This document shows, one piece after another, positions 8,580 to 17,300 of a stretch of 23,584 nucleotides of DNA; positions within the stretch are counted from its first letter, which is position 1, and each line of letters begins with the position of its first letter. The stretch lies in contig JBDKUT010000099.1 in NCBI GenBank assembly GCA_039679545.1, positions 1 through 23,584 of the forward strand, read 5' to 3'. The DNA is from Thermotogota bacterium. Lineage in GTDB: Bacteria > Bipolaricaulota > Bipolaricaulia > UBA7950 > UBA9294. The notes below the pieces were generated by a model. The model had not been told where the DNA came from. It saw nothing but the letters and a program-made list of their open reading frames with translations, and searched no databases. The position numbers were made by a program, and so were the translations under genes.

Positions 8580-10730
8580 GTGTCAGACCTATCGATAGCC
8601 TTGGTGTGCGTGGTGGGAGGCTTCCTGGTCTTGTTGGTGCTTCTCCGCTCGATTCGGAGCATCGGACCGACGCAGGTGGGCCTCGTGCTGAAGCGCGTCA
8701 GCTTCAGGAAACTGAAGGGCGACGACCCGATCGCATTCCACGGCGAGGCAGGCTACCAGGCCGAGCTGCTCCGGGCCGGCCTCTGGTTCAAGTTGTGGCC
8801 GATCTACAAGGTCACCCGCCATCCCATGGTCCAGGTTCCTGCTGGCGAAATCGGCGTCGTGATTGCCCAGGTTGGCGGGAGCCTCAAGGAAGGGCAGAAG
8901 TCCGGAGTCTACAAGCCCATCTTTGGCGACTTCTCCGACGTTCGCGCGTTTGTCGACAACGGGGGTCAGAAGGGGCCGCAGCGGCCGACGCTACGCCCCG
9001 GCTCGGTCCTTGCCATTCACCCGGCGGCATTCCTCGTCCGCACGGCGAGCGGGATGTACGGGGTCCCGATCTCCAAGGAGGCGCTCGAGAAGGCGCGGGC
9101 GCTCCCGTCGGAGCGATTCAAGCAGGTCGTCATCCGGCCGCAGGTTGTCGTGGGCTCCGAACAGCAGGAGGTCGGCGCCCTGCACGTCCACGATCAGCTG
9201 ATCCAGAACGTCGAGAAGCGGAACGTGTTTGCCGTCGACGGAGGAGGCCGAAGCGAAGCTCGAGCCCCCGAGCCGCTGAGCCAGAAGGCGACGGCAGAGA
9301 CGGGCGGGCGCGCGTTCGAGGATCCGATGAAAGGTAAGGTCAAGCTCGTCGATGTGATCGGCATCGTGCGCGTGCACGAGGGGCCGCCGCTCGAGCCCGG
9401 CGACATCGCCTGCCGTATCGGCGGGTTCGACGACATCCGCAAGCGGGAAGAGACGGGGGCGACCGACGCGGAGCTTGCAGACCTGATCCTCGACAGCAAA
9501 GTGAAGCTCCATGACAACTACCAGGACTTCCAGGCGTTCCTCGACGCCGGCGGACGGATCGGGCTGCAGCACGACCCGCTCCTCTACGGGACGTTCAACC
9601 TGAACCCGTACCTGGTCGAGGTGGAACTCGTTCCGATGCTCGTTGTGGAACAGGGCCAGGTCGCCGTCATCAAGTCGTACGTCGGGCTCGTGCCGCAGGA
9701 CACGTCGGGCGAGGCGTTCCACTTCGGCACGCTCGTGCGGCCCGGGCATCGCGGCATCTGGCAAGAAACGGTGCGAACCGGCAAGTACGCGATCAACCCG
9801 CGCTGCTACGACGCAGAGATCGTGCCGACATCCATCCTTACCTTGAACTGGGCGACGCAGGTTTCCGAAGCCCACAAGTTGGATCAGCACCTGAGCCAGA
9901 TCGTGGCCAAGAGCCGCGAAGGCTTCGTGTTCAAGATCGATCTTCAGGTCCAGATCCACGTGCCGGACACGATGGCGTCGCGCGTCATCTCGGCAGTCGG
10001 AACGATGGAGAACCTCGTCAACGAGGTCCTGCAGGCGGCTGTGGGCAACCACTTCCGCGACAAGCTCCAGAGCATGCCCGCGATCCAGTTCATCGAGAAC
10101 CGCCAGAAGGTGCAGGAAGAGGCCTTCCACCACATCATGAACCAGCTTATGGTCTACAACGTCGATACGCGCGGCGTCTTCATCCAGGACGTCATCCTTC
10201 CGGAGGAGCTCACGAAAGTGCTCACGGAGCGCGAGATCGCGAACCAGCAGATCCTCACGCTGCAGAAGCAGCAGGCGGCGGAGACCGCGCGCATTTCGAC
10301 CGAGCAGCAGCGCGGACTCGCCGACCAGCAAGCCGCTCTGGCACGTTCGAGCGTCGGAATCGACATCGCCCAGAACACAGCGTCGGCTCGCATGCGCGAG
10401 GCGGACGGCGAAGCCACCTACCTCGAGAAGGTCGGCACCGCAAAGGGAGCCGAGGTTCGCGCCGTGGCGCTGGCCAAGGCGGACGGGTATCTGCGGCAGA
10501 CCGAGGCGCTCGGCAAAGAGGGCACGACGCTCGTTAACGTCGTTCAGGCGTTGGCGGCGAGCCAGCAGCCGTTCGTCCCCGAGGTCAACGTGTCGAGCGG
10601 CACCGGCGGGGATCAGGGTGCCATGAGCGCGTTCTTCGCGTCGTTGACTGGCCTTGCGCGAGCCGGGAAGCTGGGCGAAGTCCTGGCCGCCGTCGGCGTC
10701 ACGCCGGAAGCGAGCGCGAAGAAGCCGTAG
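8580..10730 (+). CDS. Large SPFH/band-7/flotillin-family membrane protein
   Basis: N-terminal TM; repeated modules (GYQAELLRAG, GPQRPTLRPG, GLQHDPLLYG, GIWQETVRTG); band-7 core KSREGFVFKIDLQVQIHV; Ala/Glu/Gln-rich coiled coil; GTG start with SD GAGGAGGG. Confidence 0.9.
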   Translation: MSDLSIALVCVVGGFLVLLVLLRSIRSIGPTQVGLVLKRVSFRKLKGDDPIAFHGEAGYQAELLRAGLWFKLWPIYKVTRHPMVQVPAGEIGVVIAQVGGSLKEGQKSGVYKPIFGDFSDVRAFVDNGGQKGPQRPTLRPGSVLAIHPAAFLVRTASGMYGVPISKEALEKARALPSERFKQVVIRPQVVVGSEQQEVGALHVHDQLIQNVEKRNVFAVDGGGRSEARAPEPLSQKATAETGGRAFEDPMKGKVKLVDVIGIVRVHEGPPLEPGDIACRIGGFDDIRKREETGATDAELADLILDSKVKLHDNYQDFQAFLDAGGRIGLQHDPLLYGTFNLNPYLVEVELVPMLVVEQGQVAVIKSYVGLVPQDTSGEAFHFGTLVRPGHRGIWQETVRTGKYAINPRCYDAEIVPTSILTLNWATQVSEAHKLDQHLSQIVAKSREGFVFKIDLQVQIHVPDTMASRVISAVGTMENLVNEVLQAAVGNHFRDKLQSMPAIQFIENRQKVQEEAFHHIMNQLMVYNVDTRGVFIQDVILPEELTKVLTEREIANQQILTLQKQQAAETARISTEQQRGLADQQAALARSSVGIDIAQNTASARMREADGEATYLEKVGTAKGAEVRAVALAKADGYLRQTEALGKEGTTLVNVVQALAASQQPFVPEVNVSSGTGGDQGAMSAFFASLTGLARAGKLGEVLAAVGVTPEASAKKP

Positions 10731-10767
10731 CGAGATCGGGAGTGTCGAGAGCTCCCCGCACACAGCG

Positions 10768-10803
10768 CGAGGCCCTGCGGAGACGCAGGGCCTCGTCTTG
10801 TCT
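10768..10803 (+). terminator. Intrinsic terminator-like hairpin between the convergent SPFH and serpin genes
   Basis: Perfect 12-bp stem CGAGGCCCTGCG-GAGA-CGCAGGGCCTCG followed by TCTTGTCT. Confidence 0.7.
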
Positions 10804-10827
10804 CGTCCACTCCTGCGAACTGGGACG

Positions 10828-12126
10828 CTACGGCTCCACAACCCGCCCAATGAACAGGATCGTGTCCGTCGGGATGTCGCGGATGACGAAGAGGAACGGA
10901 CGGTCGATCGTGAGCGTCACGGATTCGCCCGGAATCGCGGTCACGTCGACGACGACGGCGGTCGCCGCGGCGGCCTCCGTACCGATCTCGTCGACCGAGA
11001 CGAACGCCTTGTGCAGCACGTTCGAGATGTAGAGGTCGTGCGCGCCATCGATGCCGGAGAAGTCGGCCGCGTCGGGGTCGAACGCGTCCTCCATCCCGAG
11101 CGCGCGGAGCGCGTCCACGAGCGACAGGGCGTAGTCGAACTCGAATTGCGGCAGGCCGAGGTAGACCCGGTGCTCCTCGAGCTGGCCGACGATCTCCTCG
11201 TACTTCTCGTAGGTCAGATCCTCCTCGAAGGACTCGAACCCGCCTACGTCCGGAACCAGCAGGAGCATCGCCAGCTTCCCGCCGTTGTACGGCAGCTCAA
11301 CGGCTTGGACGTCGCCGACCTGCGCGTACAAGGCCGTGATGGTCTGGTGCATCATCGCGAGCGAGATCGAGGACCCAGAGAGCGTCGTGAACGACTCGCT
11401 CTTCGTGTTGTCCTCGTCGAACGGGTCGAGCCACGGGGCTTTGAAGTAGATGGCGTTCGTCAAGACGAGGCGCGTTCCCGCGCTGACGCTGCCTTCGGGC
11501 AGGAGGTCCAGGACCCTGTCATTCGTCTGGTCGCTGACCCAGTTGTTGATTGTCGTCCGCGAGCCCTCGGGGTCGCCGGAGAAGTCGACGAGTCGCAGCC
11601 CGGCGCCGTAGCTCACAGCGAGGACGTCGAGGTAGCCGTCGCGGAACGGGAATCCCTGCTCGCCCCACACCGCGTTGACGATCGACAGCTCGAACCCATC
11701 GCCCTCGTACGGTTCTTCGAGCTCGTCGCGGCTGTTGAGCGTGAGGTCGACGGCGTTGAACGCTGGATGCAGCGCGTCCTGGGCGAGGTCGAAGTGGAGC
11801 GCGTCGGCCATCTGTGCTTCCGTTTCGCCGTCCGCGCCGGCGTACGTCATCGCGAGCGCCGACGAGATACTGAACGGCGAGAAGAAAACGTTCCCGTCGC
11901 CCGCAGCGATCTTGCCGTAGAGGGCGAAAGCGAACGCCCCGTTCCCCGCGGCGAGCGCAGCGGCGGCGTCGCCGCTCACATCGGGATCGAGGTCCCGCGC
12001 AAGGTTCGACTGGGCTACGGAGTCACTTGGAACGTCGGGCCACAGCCAGTCACAGCCCGAAAGAGCGACAGCCATCACGCCTACACTCACGACAAGAAGA
12101 ATCCTGAACCGCATCATCGATTTCAT
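10828..12126 (-). CDS. Serpin (serine protease inhibitor), predicted lipoprotein
   Basis: Lipobox ALSGC; NVFFSPFSISSALAMTYAGA; LVLTNAIYFKAPW; hinge EIGTEAAAATA; signature IDRPFLFVIRD. True start may be ATG 12117. Confidence 0.95.
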   Translation of the reverse strand: MKSMMRFRILLVVSVGVMAVALSGCDWLWPDVPSDSVAQSNLARDLDPDVSGDAAAALAAGNGAFAFALYGKIAAGDGNVFFSPFSISSALAMTYAGADGETEAQMADALHFDLAQDALHPAFNAVDLTLNSRDELEEPYEGDGFELSIVNAVWGEQGFPFRDGYLDVLAVSYGAGLRLVDFSGDPEGSRTTINNWVSDQTNDRVLDLLPEGSVSAGTRLVLTNAIYFKAPWLDPFDEDNTKSESFTTLSGSSISLAMMHQTITALYAQVGDVQAVELPYNGGKLAMLLLVPDVGGFESFEEDLTYEKYEEIVGQLEEHRVYLGLPQFEFDYALSLVDALRALGMEDAFDPDAADFSGIDGAHDLYISNVLHKAFVSVDEIGTEAAAATAVVVDVTAIPGESVTLTIDRPFLFVIRDIPTDTILFIGRVVEP

Positions 12127-12225
12127 CCCCTCTAGCGTCTTGTGCCTGAATTGTGCCTCCGGAAGGCTGCCGCGGAGAGCATAGCGGGTGCTAGTCAGGC
12201 CGGAAACCCCAAGCGTCTGCAGGCC

Positions 12226-14688
12226 TCACTCCGGCTCGGCGCGAAGGTCGAGGTGGAACCGCGTGTAGCGCCCTTCCTCGCTCTCGACGGTCAGGTCGCC
12301 GCCATGGTCTTGGGCGATTCCGTAGCTAATGGAAAGCCCGAGCCCGGTTCCCATGTCGCGCGGCTTCGTCGTGAAGAACGGATCGAAGATGCGGGCGATG
12401 AGGTCCGCCGGCACGCCGGAGCCGCGGTCCTCGACCGTGGTTCGAACCCACGGCTCGCCGTCCTTCTCGATCTTCCGGATCACGATCTCGACGATCTTGT
12501 CTTCGTCCTCCCCGGGGTACTTGCGATTCAGTGCATCGCGGGCGTTCGTGAGGAGGTTGATGATGATTTGCTCGATCTGCTGAGCGTTGCAGCGCACGAA
12601 CGGGAGCTCGTCGGTAATGCTCTGCCGGAGGCGGATGCGATCCTTTTTGAGGATCGACCCGACCAGCGTGAGCGATGCGCGCACGATGTCCGGCACCTGC
12701 TCCCTCCGCTTCTCCGCCGTCTCCTGGCGAGCGAACGAGAGGAGGCCCCGGACGATCTCGGCCATCCGGTTCCCTTCCGTCTTGATGCCCCCCGCGAACT
12801 CACGCAGCTGCGGATCTGTGACCCGCCGCTCGATCAGGTCCGCGTAGTTGATGACGCCGGTCAGTGGATTGTTGATCTCGTGAGCGACTCCGCTTGCGAG
12901 CGTACCGATCGACTCGAGCTTCTGGCTGTGCCGCAGCTGAGCCTCCAGGGCCAGCCGCTCCTGCTCAGCGCGCCTCCGGGCCGTGATGTTTCGGGACACC
13001 CCAACGACCCCGCGCACCTGTCCGTCATCGCCGGCCATCGGGCCGATCACGCTCTCCGTCCACACCGTCGATCCATCCTGGCAGACCAGTTCGAGATCGA
13101 TGCGGTCCTCCAAGGGAATCGGAAGTCCACGCGCGATCCGGTCCCGCACCATCGCAAACCGTGGCATGGCCTCGGTCGCCGACTCCGCCGTCAGCCTTGT
13201 CGTGAACGGGAGCCCCAGGATGCTCTCGGCCGTAACCCCAAGGAGCTTCCCGACGGACGGACTCACGTACGTCAACCGTCCCTCCAAGTCCACCGTCCAG
13301 ATCATGTCTGTCGAGTTGTCGGCGAGAAGGCGATATCGGGCCTCGCTCGAGCGAAGCCCGTCCTCCGCTCGCTTTCTCTCCGCAACTTCCGCTTGGAGAC
13401 TGTCGACCGTCTGCTCCAACTGACGGGTCATGGTGTTGAACGATCGGGAGAGGTCTGCAACCTCCGCGATGCGGCTCGTCTCCGCCACGACTTGCCGCTC
13501 GCCTTGGGCGAGCGCTCGAGCCGACTGCCCGAGATGGCTCATGGGGAGGGTGACCCGTCGCGCTACAGCGGCGCCGAATGCAACGGCGACGAAAGTTGCC
13601 CCCAGGATGAGAGCCACCGTCGCTCGCGTGTTGGCGCCGACGCGGGCCATGAAGTCGCGCTCCGGTATGGCCACGCCGACGAGCCAGTCGATCCCGTAGC
13701 CATCCCGAATCGTCGACACTTGGAGGAAGTGGCGCTCTCCGTCGATCGCGAACTCCCACTGCCCGCCGACGCCAGCGGCGGCGACTTCCTTGCCATCTTC
13801 GATCGTGTCTGCTGCGGCTCGAATCATCGGGGAGGAGCTCTCCCGCGCCGCGAGCCTCCGCGGCACCTGGCCCCCTTCCCCGAAGACGATCGGACTCTCG
13901 TCGGCCGAGGACGCGATCAGAAGCCCCGACCGCTCCATGATGAAGCATCGACCGCTCGTTCCGATCTTGACGTCGCGCAGGAAGTCGCCGACCTGCGACA
14001 AGAAAAGATCGGTCGCCACGACGCCGATCAACTCGCCACGGCCATTCACGACCGGCCGGCTGGCGGAGATCGTCATGTCTTGGCCGGAGAAAAGGAGGTA
14101 GATACTGCTCCACGTGGGTCCCTTCCGCGCCACCGCGCCGGTGTACCAGGACCGCGTTCTCGCATCGAAGTTCGGCACGGCCTGAAGCAGCGACGTCCGA
14201 ACACCCGTGTCGTTTGTCGCGTACTTGCGGAACGTACCTGCTGCGAAGTCATCGGTCACGATGACATACAGAGGGCCTCCCGCTCCTTCTCGTCCAGCGT
14301 CTGCCACACCGCCTTTCGTGTTCCCGAAGTAGGTGCTGCTCACCGTCGGCGACGCCTGCACCTGCTGCCAGAAGTGGGCCGCGAGCGCCTCGGAGTCATC
14401 GGCGTCCAACACCCCGCGTCCGATGAGCTCGGCGTTGACCTCGTTTAGAACGTGCGGCGCCACCAAAAACTCTCGCAGGCGCTCCTCGACGCGCGTCGTC
14501 ACTTCATTCCGCAGCTGCCGTGCCACGTCATTGACGGCCGCACGCGCGTTATGGAACGACACATACCCAACCAGGCCTACTGCAAGCAGAACCTCTGCAA
14601 CCAGGAGGGCAACGAGCGCGGTCTGAAGCGGAAGGCGGAAAGGCCCTCGCCCGCCTCCCCCCTCTCCGTTCGCCGTGGGCTCGTACAT
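12226..14688 (-). CDS. Membrane sensor histidine kinase (Cache-like sensor - HAMP - PAS - HisKA - HATPase)
   Basis: Two TMs around an extracytoplasmic domain (FDARTRSWY); HAMP; PAS; H-box LASGVAHEINNPL; N-box NLLTNARDA; DRGSG, FDPFFTTK, GTGLGL. Confidence 0.93.
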   Translation of the reverse strand: MYEPTANGEGGGGRGPFRLPLQTALVALLVAEVLLAVGLVGYVSFHNARAAVNDVARQLRNEVTTRVEERLREFLVAPHVLNEVNAELIGRGVLDADDSEALAAHFWQQVQASPTVSSTYFGNTKGGVADAGREGAGGPLYVIVTDDFAAGTFRKYATNDTGVRTSLLQAVPNFDARTRSWYTGAVARKGPTWSSIYLLFSGQDMTISASRPVVNGRGELIGVVATDLFLSQVGDFLRDVKIGTSGRCFIMERSGLLIASSADESPIVFGEGGQVPRRLAARESSSPMIRAAADTIEDGKEVAAAGVGGQWEFAIDGERHFLQVSTIRDGYGIDWLVGVAIPERDFMARVGANTRATVALILGATFVAVAFGAAVARRVTLPMSHLGQSARALAQGERQVVAETSRIAEVADLSRSFNTMTRQLEQTVDSLQAEVAERKRAEDGLRSSEARYRLLADNSTDMIWTVDLEGRLTYVSPSVGKLLGVTAESILGLPFTTRLTAESATEAMPRFAMVRDRIARGLPIPLEDRIDLELVCQDGSTVWTESVIGPMAGDDGQVRGVVGVSRNITARRRAEQERLALEAQLRHSQKLESIGTLASGVAHEINNPLTGVINYADLIERRVTDPQLREFAGGIKTEGNRMAEIVRGLLSFARQETAEKRREQVPDIVRASLTLVGSILKKDRIRLRQSITDELPFVRCNAQQIEQIIINLLTNARDALNRKYPGEDEDKIVEIVIRKIEKDGEPWVRTTVEDRGSGVPADLIARIFDPFFTTKPRDMGTGLGLSISYGIAQDHGGDLTVESEEGRYTRFHLDLRAEPE

Positions 14689-14891
14689 GGGTTATCCCAA
14701 CTTGCGAAGCGCCCTCCTCTCCCGTCTCCACCGTACTGGCTCACACCCTCGCTGCCAAGTGGCATCCATGCGCCCGAGCCCGTGATGGCCGACTGGAGCG
14801 GGTGCGGGTTCTGCGGCATGATCCGGAACGGAGGCGGACCACCCAGGCGTCTCCGACGACCCTCAATTGCCGTGAGCCCAGAGGAGGGTGT

Positions 14892-15350
14892 TTGATCGAT
14901 TTCCTACAGCGTGCGCTCGAATTCGCCGCCGCCAACGAGAAGACCGCCGAGCTTGTGTACAAGCGTTGGGGGCAGCACGCCACGACGGCGCGGGTGAAAT
15001 CGATCCTCGCCGAGCTCGGAGCCGCCGAGCGCGGACATCACGAGATGCTTCTGCACCTTTCGCCCACCGAGATTGCGCCCAAGCGCGCCGAGCCGCCCCA
15101 CGCCGCCGTCATCGCCGAACTGCTCGTCGACATCCCCATCCCGACCGATCTCCTGTCGCGCGACGACATCGCGGCCGCCGTTCGGCGGGAGGAGGCCCTG
15201 GCTGCCCTCTACGAGCTTCTCGCCGATCTGGGCGGCGAGACCGCGCCCCTGTTCTTCTCGCTCGCCGTCGAGGAGAAGCGCCACCGGCACGTCCTACTAG
15301 CCGAGTTCCGCACCAAGGAAGACACTTCCGCCGGTCGAGGGTGTACGTGA
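14892..15350 (+). CDS. Rubrerythrin/ferritin-like di-iron four-helix protein (no rubredoxin domain)
   Basis: TTG start after SD GAGGAGGG; paired E...ExxH motifs (ANE...AERGH; RREE...EEKRH). Confidence 0.8.
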   Translation: MIDFLQRALEFAAANEKTAELVYKRWGQHATTARVKSILAELGAAERGHHEMLLHLSPTEIAPKRAEPPHAAVIAELLVDIPIPTDLLSRDDIAAAVRREEALAALYELLADLGGETAPLFFSLAVEEKRHRHVLLAEFRTKEDTSAGRGCT

Positions 15351-15402
15351 CTCGTGAGGATGGAAGAACCCCTTGTTGCTCGTTCGGATCGTGGAGGTGG
15401 CG

Positions 15403-15945
15403 ATGAATCGCGTTGGATGGATGGTCGCGGTCTTGCTTGTCGGCGTTGGGCTGTCGGGATTGGCCGACTGCAACTGTGCTCCCGCCGGGGATCCTACGTG
15501 CTACACGACGTTCGTCATGAGCCGGACGATCGAGTTCTCCGCCACCGTCCCGCTGGACTACTTCACTGCCCGCGCAACCATCGAGACGCCGTTCCTCACG
15601 GGCTGGCGCGTTGAGACGCTCACGGGAGTCGTGGTGCGGCGAGTGACGTTCGACTTTCCCCTCGGGCTCGTCACGGTGTTCGAGTGGACGCTCGACGATG
15701 ATGCCGGCGCGCGTGTCGCGGACGGCTTCTACCGACTGATCGTCGAAACAACCTCCGCGGGCGAGATCACGGATACGGTTCGTCTCATTTCCTGCTGCAA
15801 TCCTTGCGGCTGCATCGGCCGCTCGCCCGAGTGCCGCCCCGCGTGCGGCAGCGCGTATTTGATCCTGCGCGCCGGTGAGTCCCTAGGTTGTTGCTGCGGG
15901 TGCAGCTTCTCGCTCTTCGGATCGGGGGACGTCGGGGCCCCGTAG
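15403..15945 (+). CDS. Secreted cysteine-rich protein with FlgD-Ig-like core
   Basis: ATG after SD GGAGGTGG; signal peptide; FEWTLDDDAGARVADGFYRLIVET resembles WxxxDxxGxxVxxGxY; 13 Cys in clusters (CNC, CCNPCGC, CRPAC, CCCGC). Confidence 0.75.
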   Translation: MNRVGWMVAVLLVGVGLSGLADCNCAPAGDPTCYTTFVMSRTIEFSATVPLDYFTARATIETPFLTGWRVETLTGVVVRRVTFDFPLGLVTVFEWTLDDDAGARVADGFYRLIVETTSAGEITDTVRLISCCNPCGCIGRSPECRPACGSAYLILRAGESLGCCCGCSFSLFGSGDVGAP

Positions 15946-16107
15946 TTGTGCGCCGCCCATGACCCTACCGCACCATGAGAGGAATGTCCCTTGCGGAGGG
16001 GACGCCCGTCCTTCGCGGAGCGGACGGGATACGTAGGCGTGCGCCGCGGTGACGACTAGGCTGAGCTGTAGAGATTCATGCAGAACCACGACGCCTCCTT
16101 GACTCCT

Positions 16108-16156
16108 GGGGGGAGGGAAACGAAACGAGAGCCGTTCCCCTCCCTCCTCTTCCTTT
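16108..16156 (+). terminator. GC-rich hairpin with pyrimidine tail, possible terminator
   Basis: GGGGGGAGGGAAACG (16108-16122) pairs with CGTTCCCCTCCCTCC (16133-16147) with one mismatch and one G-U; followed by TCTTCCTTT. Confidence 0.4.
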
Positions 16157-16175
16157 CCCCTTGCGGGTGGAGCGC

Positions 16176-17300
16176 ATGCCGATAGACTCGTTCCGTATGC
16201 GACCTCCAACGCGCTGGGTCAGACGAACCCTCCTCCTCATGCCCGCCGTTCTCCTCGTCGCCGTCGGAAGTGCATCGAGCCCCAGCGATGTCGTGACCTT
16301 CGTCGACGCGCGCCTGGAAGACGCCGTTCGGGCGGCACTTGGCATCGAATCCGGCCCCATCCTCACCACCGACGCACTTCGCCTGGAGCGGCTCGAGGCG
16401 GTCACCGCGGAGATCACGCGCCTCGACGGCCTTGAGTCCTTCTTGAACCTGCGCGAACTGAATCTCGCCGAGAATCACATCAGCGATCTCAGACCCTTGC
16501 GAGGTCTCTCGAACCTCGAAACGCTCGTCCTTAAGAGTAATCGGATCGAGGACGTGACTCCGCTTGCCGGGCTCGTCCGCCTGACGAAGCTCGATCTCGA
16601 TTGGAACTCAATCGTCGATGTCGCGCCGCTCTCCGGTCTGACTCAGCTTCGCTTTCTCGGGCTTTGGGACAGTCGCGTTGGGGATGTCGGCCCTCTCGCC
16701 AACCTCCTGGAATTGCGCGAGCTGGGACTGAGCGGGTGTCCGATCGCCGACCCGCGCCCTCTCGGCCGACTGACCCACCTCGAGTGGCTCGGGCTACCCA
16801 ACACGGGAATCGACGACATCGATTTCGTCGCAACCCTGGTCGAACTCAAGAAGCTCAGCCTCGGAGAGAATCGGATCTCGGATCTGCGTCCCCTCGCGGG
16901 TCTTGTGGGTCTCGAGGGCCTCGGCCTGAGCGAGAACGCGATTCGCGACGTGACTCCGCTTGCGGGGCTCACGAACCTCCAGCGCCTCAGCCTGTGGAAG
17001 AACGAGATCGAGGACGTCTCGGCGCTTCGCGAGCTCATCCACCTTCAGAAGCTTTGGCTTGACCAGAACCCGACTCGCGACATCTCTGTCCTCCGCGAGA
17101 TGACGGATCTCTGCATCGTCGGATTGTCACAGACGCTGGTTGACGACCTCGCTCCCCTCGTGGCAAACAACGGCCTCGGTCCCGAGACCACGGTCGATCT
17201 CCGCGGGACACCCGCCGCTCTCCCCGGCTCGATCGCGGCGGACGCCATCGCTGCGCTCGAAGCGCGCGGTGTCACCGTCTACCACGAGGTCACGCCGTAG
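16176..17300 (+). CDS. Secreted internalin-like leucine-rich repeat protein
   Basis: Hydrophobic leader; N-cap VTFVDARLEDAVRAAL; about 11 22-aa repeats LxxLxxLxLxxNxIxDxxPL. Start uncertain (16176 or 16197). Confidence 0.9.
   Translation: MPIDSFRMRPPTRWVRRTLLLMPAVLLVAVGSASSPSDVVTFVDARLEDAVRAALGIESGPILTTDALRLERLEAVTAEITRLDGLESFLNLRELNLAENHISDLRPLRGLSNLETLVLKSNRIEDVTPLAGLVRLTKLDLDWNSIVDVAPLSGLTQLRFLGLWDSRVGDVGPLANLLELRELGLSGCPIADPRPLGRLTHLEWLGLPNTGIDDIDFVATLVELKKLSLGENRISDLRPLAGLVGLEGLGLSENAIRDVTPLAGLTNLQRLSLWKNEIEDVSALRELIHLQKLWLDQNPTRDISVLREMTDLCIVGLSQTLVDDLAPLVANNGLGPETTVDLRGTPAALPGSIAADAIAALEARGVTVYHEVTP

Noticed and set aside
8991..14448. Long antisense ORFs (8991..10850 -, 10654..12135 +, 12142..14448 +) and similar shadows elsewhere
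   Set aside because: They mirror well-supported genes on the other strand, carry no motifs, and are expected in high-GC coding DNA.
15883..16089. Minus-strand small ORF after AAGGAGG (GTG 16089)
   Set aside because: Short SD spacing, no recognisable features, and antisense overlap with the Cys-rich gene.
15976..16125. TPP riboswitch (GGCTGAG...AACC) or glycine riboswitch (GAGAGGA-stem)
   Set aside because: Lacks the TPP CCUGAU...UAAU...GCG core and the glycine GCCGAAG/CUCAGG motifs.
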